This document shows, in pieces, positions 13,901 to 24,908 of a stretch of 64,000 bases of DNA (position 1 is the stretch's first letter; each line of letters opens with the position of its first letter). The DNA is from Podarcis pityusensis (lineage: Eukaryota). Below the pieces are notes generated by a model, which saw only the letters and a program-made list of their open reading frames with translations, was not told the DNA's origin and did no database searches. The stretch lies in assembly GCA_964106645.2 (NCBI GenBank), contig OZ067050.1. One strand, given 5' to 3'. Both the position numbers and the translations under genes were made by a program.

Positions 13901-16900
13901 TGTTTAGCCCCCTGTAAAGCGCTATTTGTGGTCATTTGTTGGTTTTTGGGTACTGTCAGAAGCTGGTCTTGCTATAGCTTCCAGAGTGGTTATATTGTTT
14001 TAGTCTTTTTAATAGACTTATTCTGTGCATATGGTCATTTTTCACATGTAAAGTTTTGAAGCAATCTGGTCTTTTTCACAAGAAGTTGAGAAACTCCCCA
14101 CGCAGTCTCTCCCCACCCCCCACCCCATGCTGCATTTTTCCTACCAAATGCCAGCAGAGGTAGGGCAGGGGTGAACATTCTCTTACTGGGAATGCAAGCA
14201 ATTTGTTCTTTTGGCGTACTCGGCAGGGATGCTGTGGAATATGTAGCATATGTAACTGCAACAACACGGTTGGAACTGCAGAGCTCGTGAGCAGGGGTGG
14301 TCCTGTTCACCCCCGTTTTTCAGTCCTCCTCACCACTGCGTAGTTATCATTCCCTCCCTCTGCCTTCAGCTAAACATCTTGTTGTTCTTGGGCTGGAAGG
14401 GATTTGTGGGATTGTACCATGGAGGCATGGACATGGTTGTCTGCTGCACAACAAAAAACATCTGGGGGAGGTGGGGGGAGGGAAGATATAAAGTCTGTAG
14501 CCTGTATGGCTGCAAAAATAGGATCTGAAAATATGTGAAGTCTCAAGCTAGAGTGGGCTAAGTAAAATTTCCATAAATGATAGGGTAGATAATGATAAAC
14601 GCCCCATTTGAGTCTCATCTTTCCTTGGTTAATGCAAAGCAGAATAAACATTGCACATTAAGACTATGGGTAATTGCATTTATTTCAATTGGAGCACGTA
14701 ATTCCCTGTTTTCTGGATGCAAAATCTGTACTATCCACAACCACAGTCTTTGTTCCAGGCTTCCTGTATCTTCTGTTACAGCAGAACTCTCAGAATTAGA
14801 CTGTGTTGGAATGCAGTTCAGCATCTCTTGAGCCTGGCCTTATGTGACACGGTCCCTCTTTCCCTTCAGGTGCTGAACCAAACTGAAGATCACCGACAGA
14901 GGGTCCTGCAGGCTGCTGCCAAGAACGTCCGTGTCTGGTTCATAAAGGTGCGCAAGATGAAGGCTATCTACCACACCCTGAACCTCTGCAACATTGATGT
15001 GACCCAGAAATGTCTCATTGCCGAAGTCTGGTGTCCCGTTGCTGACCTTGACTCCATCCAGTTTGCCCTCAGGCGGGGCACAGTAAGTACAATTCATACC
15101 ACTCTGGCTCTACTGCTATACCCTGAAAACACTGCTGGTGCACACTTCCAGTGAAAGCATCTTTATAGGCAAAACATGGGGGGAATCTCATTGGTCTTGG
15201 AAGCAAAATCTGCTGCTTTTCCCAAAAGACTCTTAGTTTTTGGATACAGGTGTCTTGAGTCTAAACAGGACTGCATAATAGCCGTGGCTAGTTTCGTGTA
15301 CTGCTCTGGCCTTGACAAACATGCTTCTTCTCCAACCCTGATATTTGTGTGGATATTTCAGTGGCAATCTATTTCTTCCCCTTTTTGTCTCCACCCTCTA
15401 AACGGGAGAAGAGCACAGTGCACTCATTTGAAATCTGTCTGACTTTGAAAACAAACACGGCCTTTGGCCCAGATTCCTCACTTCTTTCTGAAGGGAAGAG
15501 ACTCGCCTAGAATTTTTAGCCTATAAGAAAGATACACCCACAGCTTGGATCCCCTTTCTGACTCCATAGTGTTAGGACAACTGAATTCTTCTAGTTCTGG
15601 ACTCGTTTGGATGGTGACGAGTAGATCTTTTCCACTGGGTTTTAAAAGCTCGTCTGACGCACTGTTTGTTTTCACATAATGCACAGGACATTTTAATACA
15701 CGCACACCTTCCTGCCTTAAGGCACTTGACTGGGAGAGGGACTGGAATACATTAATTGATTTGCTGTTAGAGGCTCAGAAGCTAATCCAGTCCAATCTCT
15801 CTTGCCTTTGGAAACATGCCTGATCATGTAATTTGCATCCGTCGGAAACAAAATGCAGCTGTGCAGGGAGCCTGCAGAGTGGCAACCTACAAGAGCTTTC
15901 TAAACGATTAGGAATAGTGTTGATAAGTTGATCTTGGTTTCTGCTCCACAACAAGCTAATCTCTCTAACCTCCAGTGTGTTTGTGTGTAACAGGAGCACA
16001 GCGGATCCACTGTCCCCTCCATCCTGAATAGGATGCAGACCAACCAGACGCCACCCACATACAACAAGACAAACAAGTTCACCGCTGGGTTTCAGAACAT
16101 CGTAGATGCCTATGGCATTGGAACCTATCGTGAGATCAATCCAGGTAATGGTGTCTGGCCTACTAAAAGCAGCCTTTCCTTCTAGCACCTGATAAATTGT
16201 TGAAGAAGCTTGATCTGTTTGTTCTCTCTGGCTTGTGCATCTGCATAACCCTATGTGGAGAGGAACTGATGTTGCTTGGGGTGGGGGAGGGTTGACTCTT
16301 AGCAAATATGACTGCAGCATAGATCTCTTCACCACCACCACCACCACCACCCTCAGAAACTAAACAGATTTATGAACATAGTGAACCAAATCCATATAGA
16401 ACTAAGGAAGCCAAGGAGGCATGCGTCTGGATGGGAGGCCGCCTCGAACCCCATGTAAACTGCTTCTCAGCTTCCTTCAGAGGGAGAATGGGAAGTATAA
16501 TGAATAATAAAAAAGACACAAAACTTTACGGCATTTTAAGGTATGCTTGTCAGTCTTCTTGAGGCATGTGTAGAATGTGATTAATAAATTAATAAATAAA
16601 ATAGCAAGGGAGGTATCAGCAGGCTCATGGGAAAGTCGAGATTTGTAAAAGTAGGAAAAATATTTAGGGGATCCCCCTACCCCACAAAAAACATCCCACA
16701 GTTAATTAAGGGCTGAGCATGCACAATAGGTACATAATGCTGGCTGGCAGGGTAGAACTGAGAATTGGAAAAGGATGTGGATGGCTGGAACCCTGAATAG
16801 GAACACTTCACACTGCAGTATTTTGTTGTAGCTCTCACTTGCCATGTCTAACATTCATTGTTAAATGACATCTCCATGAATTTAGTAAATCCTTTCTTGG

Positions 16901-19900
16901 GGAAATAGGCAGTTGTGCTAGTTCATACAGGATACATTAGCATTTGAAAAATAATTAGGTTTGAAATACATTGTCTTATCCCAAGCTAGTTAATTTCCCT
17001 TACCTCAGAAGCAGAATTGCTCCTTTGCTAGCTTAACGCAGCGTCTCCTTCATGAAAACTAAGCAACTTCTGTAGAGCAGAAGGACAAGGGTTGGGGGGG
17101 GGTTTCGGTCAGAGAGAAAGAAGGCTCTGTTAGAGAGGGATCTGAGCACCGAGAAGGGGAAATGAGTGAGCTGATATGTCGGCTTACTTTTTAATCCAAT
17201 TTAAATGAGTGTGAAGCTCATTTCCTTACACAAGGACTTCTGTGAAATATTGTAAAGCTGGATGTGGTGGCTTTTTTCTTCAGGGCAGCATAGGCTTGTG
17301 AAAGAGAGAACGTCTAGTCTTCTGAGTCAGTTGTGCAGAGTTCAGCAGAATGGCCAAGTAGCATCCTACAGCCCTGAGTGGTATGAAAAGAAGACGTAGT
17401 AGTAGCCTGAGCAGAACAACTTTATTAAGGCTATTTAGTTAGGTGCGTTTAGCAGTCTACTACACAGTATAATATCCACTTTGATATATCTAAAGATATG
17501 GCTGATATTTGCCCAGATTTCAAGTATTCATTGCATTTACCGCCTAAACAAATTGCCAGTGAGACAGTGGATTTTCAGAATGCACTAAGCCAGCTCATAT
17601 AAGGAGTCCATAGGGCTAGCGGTCCAGAACTGGTCCTGGGACGGCTGCCTCTCCCAAGAGATGGGCTGCGTTGTCCATCATGCACTTACCTTCACTTGCA
17701 TCCCCCCCAGCTCCATACACTATCATCACCTTCCCGTTCCTGTTTGCTGTGATGTTTGGGGATGTCGGCCACGGAATTCTCATGACGCTGTTTGGTGTGT
17801 GGATGGTGATCCGGGAGAGCCGTATCCTGTCACAGAAGAGTGACAACGAGGTATTGATGGCAAACACACACACACACACACCCCAATTTGGGCAGGGTGT
17901 GGGGTTGGGAATGAAAGTGAAAGTGGAAGATCAGTCTCCGGCTCCTTGCGAAGTATTTGATTCCATCTTCAATATGAAGAATTCATTGTAATCTAGAGAA
18001 TAGCAAGAATTAGCGAGTTCCTTTCCTGGCAGAGTTGCGACTTTTGCAGCCTTTAATAAGCGTCCAGAGAAAAGCTTCGCATGCTGCCATAAGGCTAGTA
18101 AGCTTTGAGAGGTCCTAGAATTTGGTCTGGAGAATGGCAGGGGTGCAAATAAGCTTCACTTAATTTAGTCACATCTACTGGGAACTTGTTTGGCATTCAA
18201 ATTTGAAGAAGGAAGCTTTGCACTTTCTGGTGTTTTTCTGCCTTCTTTCCCTGGGCAGAGCAGACAGGCGTTTTCAGTATGTTCTCTGTCCTTCTGGATC
18301 AGGCCTGTGGCCTCTCAAGCCCCGGAATAAGGTGGACAGAGATTTCCCTTCTCTTTGGTCGCAGTGTCCTTCTCCGAGGGGTAACAGTGGTGGGGAGACA
18401 AGAATGTCTTGATTACGCAACTCATATTTTTTTTATCTCTCTCTCTCTCCCCCCCCGCCTCCACCCCCAAATTCTCTTGCTCTTAACTTGTTTACTGGCC
18501 AGATGTTCAGCACCATTTTCTGCGGCCGCTACATCATTCTCCTGATGGGTTCTTTCTCCATTTATACCGGCCTGATCTATAATGACTGCTTCTCGAAGTC
18601 TCTCAATATGTTTGGCTCATCCTGGAGCGTCCGGCCAATGTTCTTGAAATCCAACTGGACGTAAGTTGATGAGATGCTCACAAAGGCACAAGGAAGGCCT
18701 GTGAAGTGCTCACTCTGAGCAGTGTGCTACTGCGGGAGGGCTGGGTGGGAAGAGGACATGGCAGGGATGCAGCAGCACCTCCTGTGTGACTAGCGCATTC
18801 TCTGTGTGGAACTAAAGAACCTGAGCTGTTTCCCGCCCTGCCTCCCCTGCCCCCCCCCCAGCTGTGCCAAAGATGCACTCCACTATAGTGCCTGTGTTGT
18901 ACTCCTCCAGTCATTCTTTGTTTATAGCTTTCTGCTCTCTTGCCCACAGAGAAGATCTTCTCAAGGAATATCCTAGCCTTCAGCTAAATCCTGCCATTGA
19001 GGGTGTCTTCGGCGGGGCATACCCCTTTGGCATAGATCCGGTAAGAGCACCTCCTTGCAGCTACTGTTCACGAGTGGAGCTGTTTGTTTCTTGAACAGCA
19101 AGTGTTGATCAGGGTAGTAGAGTTCTGAACTGTGCCACTTCCTCTTAAGTCTCTCTTTGGGAAACCACCGTGTAAAGAACTCCCTGCATATAGTAAGCTT
19201 AGTAAAGCAGAGAGGAGGCTGTGCTGAGCTGTTCCCCTTCTGATGTTGCTTTATGAAGGGAGCTCTTTACGTAGGAGAGTATTTTTTTAAAAGACTGAAG
19301 GACTACAGTCCTGAATTACTCTAGTACCTCTTTCTATAGAACATCTCTGTCTCACAAATTAAGTACATAGGAAGCTGCCTCATGCAGAGTCAGACCATTG
19401 GTCGGTCTATCTTAGTACTGCCTACACTGACTGGCAGCAGCTCTCCAGGGTTTCAGGCAGGAATTTCTCCTAGCCCTACCTAGAGAAGCTGCAGGTTGAG
19501 AGCATGGGACCTTCTGCATGAAAGGCAGATTTGCTAAGAGTCAAATGTGGCATTGCCGTAGAACGGAAGTGCCCTTGAAGTTACTCACCCCTAAAGTGCA
19601 AATTGTGTAGTCTGACATCAGGGTATATTAGTGGGCAGTAAGGTTGAGACCAAAGTTCCCAGTGGGGACAGGCAGGCCTTCAATTATGTGGAGAACACAG
19701 GGGAGGGAGATCCACCCAGGTCCTTGGAGTATCCTTTTCACTCAAAGCCTTTCACAGAAACTGTCTTAAAGTTGTTCCTGTAGCCATGAACACATGGCTA
19801 ACATTTTTAAAAATAAAAGACGCACCACGCCATGCTTGGTCTCGAGGATGCTTTATAAAGTAAAAGGAATGTTTCTACGGAGAACAGATTATTTTGGGTG

Positions 19901-22900
19901 TTACTGAGGATATTATGGGTCTGGGTGTACTTAGTTAGCTGTTTCACTGTTTGTCCTCTTCCTTGGTTCTGAACACCCTTGGGTCTTTGCACTTTGCACT
20001 AGATCTGGAATATCGCCACCAACAAGCTGACCTTCCTCAACTCCTTCAAGATGAAGATGTCTGTCATTCTGGGCATCATCCACATGCTCTTTGGCGTCTC
20101 TCTCAGTCTGCTCAATCACATGTGAGTGTGCTCATTTTAGTTTAGTAGTCAGTAGACAGGCTGAGAAGATGCAGGACCATAGAAAGCTGCCTTATACTGA
20201 GCCCAGACCTTTGGTGTGCCTAGCACTGTACGGTCTGCACTGACTGGCAGCAGCTCTCCAGGGTTGGAGACATATCTCTTGTATCCGTTGATTGAAGGCA
20301 GGGTCTTAAATTTCTTCTTTGCATATCCTCTAGCTACTTTAAGAAACCTCTGAACATCTACCTCGGGTTTATCCCTGAAATAGTCTTCATGACATCGCTG
20401 TTTGGCTATCTGGTCATCCTCATTTTCTATAAGTGGACAGCCTACGATGCTAATAACTCCATGGATGCACCAAGTCTTCTCATCCACTTCATCAACATGT
20501 TTCTCTTCTCCTATGATCCCAAAGAAAAGATGCTTTATAAGGGACAGGTAGGTGGTTTGGTGAGGGCAAGAGCTGTTTTGCAGAAAGCAGCGCCTTCCTG
20601 GCTTTAAGTGTGGAGGGGAATCTACTGCTGAGCTGGGAGGGAAAAGAATCATAGAATTGGAAAGGATCCTGAGGATCCCCCTTCAGTGCAGAAATATGCA
20701 GCTGTCCCGTATGGGGATCGAACCTGCAACCTTGGCATTTCAGCAAGAACTACTCCTTTGCAAACCACATGAAAACATGCAGAAGCTCCCATTTGTTGTG
20801 AAGTTTGTGCAGGAGCACACACATCTGTATCTGCTAGCATTTATGCAATTATTTAGAATATGAGTTTTGATTTAAGAGCAAGTTTCTAGACCCTGTGGCA
20901 ACAGGGAAGTGTGGGCAAGTTCTCCTGAAAGAATCTGAAAGGGTTCTTCACTCAAACACAGGCAGGAGGGCTTAAGGAACTGGATGTGCTTGCCTGTTGG
21001 TGATAATCTCACTCCCTCATCTCTGTTCCCCACAGAAAGGGCTCCAGTGCTTCCTGGTTGTGGTAGCATTGCTGTGTGTGCCGTGGATGCTGGTTGCCAA
21101 ACCTCTGGTCCTTCGCCAGCAGTACTTGCGAAGAAAGCACTTGGTGGGTGAATCTGTTTTTCCCTCTTTCCTTTGTAGGTCTTATTTGCTCAGATACTAG
21201 AGGCTTAGTCTGGATTTCTGCGACGGAGATCTGCATCCAGATGGAGCTCTGTTAGCACTTCAGTCCTAAGCATACTTTCTTAGAATGAAACGTACTGGAA
21301 TCATTGCGACTTACTTTCAGGTTTAGGATTGCAGTTTAAAGCCTGCTTGCAGGCAGAGGCACAGCTGTAATTTAGCAAACAGGCAGCATCTCTCATGACC
21401 ACTGGTCACTTTCTGGATCCATCCGAAATCCTGGTTCATATGCATGCATTTGCCACCCATGGCTGGGATCCACAGAGTTGCTTTAAGTGTGCCCCAACCC
21501 ACTGGGATTTTTTAAAAAAACCTTTTCTTTTGACCATCCGGCCCCTATTTCACAATAGGGGTTTCAGAAGAGATTTCACAATAGGGGTTTCAGAAGAGCC
21601 CATGTAGAGTGAGACGTTGCTGCTCAAGGCAGCATGAACTCAAGCAGCCACTTGGGAGTGTGGAACTGGTGTGGTTCTGCTGGAGGAAAATAGCCTTCCA
21701 TCAGCAGAGACATTCAGAATGGTTTAGTCCTGAAACCCGTCGTGCAGCTGGTGACGTTAAGCTTTTAAGGACACCAACCTGCTGCTGTGATTCTCCAGAG
21801 ACATGGCGGCTGTGGTGTTCTTGTGGCAAGCTGTTAAAGATGCAACAGCCCTTCAAATTGCAGCACGGTTAAAGACGCTCCCTCTTCCTTCTCTGACCAT
21901 CTCATCTCCCCATGACCCCTCCATTCGTCTCCCTTCTTTTCTCTTTGTTTTTCTCCTCCTTTTCCCCTTTTCTTTCCTTCCATTTGCTATCAGGAAGGGC
22001 AGCCCGTGGAACCCCCTGTCAGCCCAGCCCAGAGTCCGCAGGCAGTAGAGGCAGCGGCGGCTGCAACAGTGAGTGGATTAAAAGATGCCAAAAGGATGCA
22101 CATGGCGAGAACGGGAGGTGCCCAGGGGCCTTGGAAAGTATCTGCCCCGAGGAGGAGGAACGGCACAGCGGCCCTTTCCTCGGAAAGATACGTTCCAAGA
22201 AATCTCATTCTTTCCAAACCCTACACTCACGCGCTCAGGGGACACAATGCAACCATATAATGTGGTTGGATTTCAAACTTTGGTGCGTATGCCAAGGGTC
22301 TCCTGCAGTTGTGCTTGGCAGAGGACTCTAGGCAGTGCTCAAGGGTGTGCTGCCCTCATTTCCTTGGAGTGCTGTCCAGGTTTGTTGGGGCCAGCCGCCG
22401 TTCTTCATAAACTGAGTTGTATGTGCTCATGTCTTGGGATGCGCCCAACTCTCCTCTGTGGATGCACACTGCAGGGGAAATTGGCAAGGATAGACAACGC
22501 TGCCTTATGGGCAGCTTCCCTGTCATTATAAATGTTAATTGTGGAACTCCTGCTAAGTGTCTAAGGAACCTCAGTTCCTGGGGCGCGCAGTTTGAAAACC
22601 ACAGTTGCAGCACAAAGAGATTCTTCGCCCGAGCGTGTGTATGTGGGGGGAAGCCCCCTCTTTCCAGATGCCAAGGCCCTTGGCTTTTGCATAGCTGCCA
22701 CTTCTGCGGCTTTCCTCCCCTCCCTTTCTTCACAGTCCTCCCCAGGATTTTTGTCTCTTGAGTACGTATTTAATTTGCATCCCATGTTTTCAGAGTGCCA
22801 TAACTGGTGGTGTCTCCTCAGCAATGCCATCCCTTCTGAGTTCACGTCTCTGGCCTTCACCAGTTTCTTGCTGCCTGCTAGCTAATGGTCGCTTTGGGAA

Positions 22901-24863
22901 TCCTTGTGGCAGTGCACTGAGTTGCTGGCTGCCCACTTCAGTGCTGTTCTTAATTGCGCCCACAACTCTCTGTGCCGTTGTGACAGTTGTAGTCTACCTA
23001 CCGACGATTGCTGTAGAGCAAAACAGCTGTTTGCATTTTGGTATGCTGTTGCACTCCAGAAAGTCTTCTGCAGTCAGTTGAATGGCATGCCAGGTTTTTG
23101 GAACAAAGCACGTGATTAGTGCTGTGAAATTGGGGTGTGGTATTTAGCAGTTAACCCGGCAAAAAAAGGTGTGTTTTCTACAGTCTTGCTGCGAGAACAT
23201 GGAATTTGCTGCTCATGAAAAATCTGGTAACTTCAGAATTTCTTGCTTTCATGTGGGAAATGGTTTTAACCCTCAAGGCTACAAAGGCGGGTTGAAGAAC
23301 ATAGGACCAGAAAGCCCATTAGCCCAGCATTCTTTCCAGATGCCTCTTGGAGCTGGCATGCTTGAACCTGAAGCTGATAACCTTCTCAACATCTGGTGTT
23401 CAGAGGTATACTGCCTCTGAGTGTGGGCGTCCCATTTGACTTTCAAGTAACTATCTGTGAAATCGGAAGCCAATGGGATGGGAATATCGCTAGGGCGAGG
23501 GTTTCTAGTGCAGCCTGCAGATTCCACAGTATGTCCCATTAGACTAATAATAATAATAATAATAATTTTTATTTATACCCCGTCCTCCCCAGCCAAGGCC
23601 GGGCTCAGAGCGGCTTACAAGCAATAATAAAAACAAGTTGAATAATTACAACTTAAAAACAAAATTAAAATACAACATTTAAATGTTGAAACATTAAAAT
23701 ATTAAAATGTAGCCTCATCGCAGGAGGAGATGGAAAGGAAAAAAGAAAGAGAGGGAGGGAATCAAATTGGCTCCAAGCCAAAGGCCAGGCGGAACAACTC
23801 TGTCTTACAGGCCCTGCGGAAAGAAATCAGATCCTGCAGGGCCCTGGTCTCATGAGGCAGAGCATTCCACCAGGCCGGAGCCAGTGTTGAAAAGGCCCTG
23901 GGCTCTGGTTGAAGCTAATCTAACTTCCTTAGGGCCCGGGACCACTAGGGTGTTGCTATTTATGGACCTTGAGGTTCTCTGTGAGGCAGTCCTGTAGGTA
24001 CGAGGGTCCTAGGTCCTAGACTTAGAAACAATATGGGTTTCCTTTTTGCCAATTTTTTATAGAATATATCAAATCTATTTCTGAAAGCAAAGGGTGTACA
24101 CAAAGACAGATCTATGTTCTTTTTTTAAAAAAAATACTGATTAATCTACATACAAAGAATCCCTTATGGACTTATCAAAGCAAGTTGCCTTTAAGAACAA
24201 TCTAGTTATTAATGTATTCCTTCCTAGCATCTGATGAAGGCTGCAGACATTGGTGAGTCTCAAATGGCTGAATGTATGCCCCAAAAAGGAGTGACTTGGC
24301 CTGGCCAGGCCTCCCCATGTAAGGACAGGTCTGGTCTTCCCTGCTTGTGTTGTCGAAGAGCCAGACAGTGTCAACCATACGCAGCAGCAGAGTTCAGGAG
24401 GCTTTGCGTCCATTTCTTCACTTGCTAACAGATTATTTATTTCATAGGCCACGGATTGCATCTTTCTCTAGGGAATATTGTGAGAGTTCTTGCTGATGTT
24501 GCAAACATACAGGCTTTTTTTTTATAAAAAAAGCATTTGAGATTCTTGATTCCTGGCTCTCCTTCTCTCACTTCTCCTCTCTCCCCACCCCTCCAGCCCC
24601 TAACCCCTAGTTTCCCATTTTGAGAGGTCCAGTGTCTGGTAAGCTCTCTACTTTAGACTAATGTTGTTGTGCCAGCTTTTGCTGCCTTTGGATTCGTAGC
24701 AGTGCAATCTTAGGCTGTTCCGAAGAAGGAGGAGCCCTGGAAAACAGACCAAAGCATGCTTTAGTAGCCAAAACACTTTAACAAACTGCTGAGTTCTTGA
24801 TGCTCAAAAGTGCTGGAAACCTATAATTTGTTGTACTGGTACCCATAATTTGTTGCCTGAGGC

Positions 24864-24908
<45 letters not shown>

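Noticed and set aside
15775-16350. 191-aa minus-strand ORF
   Set aside because: Antisense shadow of ATP6V0A1 exon 11 starting in a (GGT)n repeat; no recognisable protein. The same applies to 20149-20652 and 30172-30508.
22794-23040. Possible second cassette exon (ttttcAG...TTG|GTATGC) within ORF 22758-23081
   Set aside because: 247 nt would shift the frame, the pyrimidine tract is short and the peptide is not recognisable.
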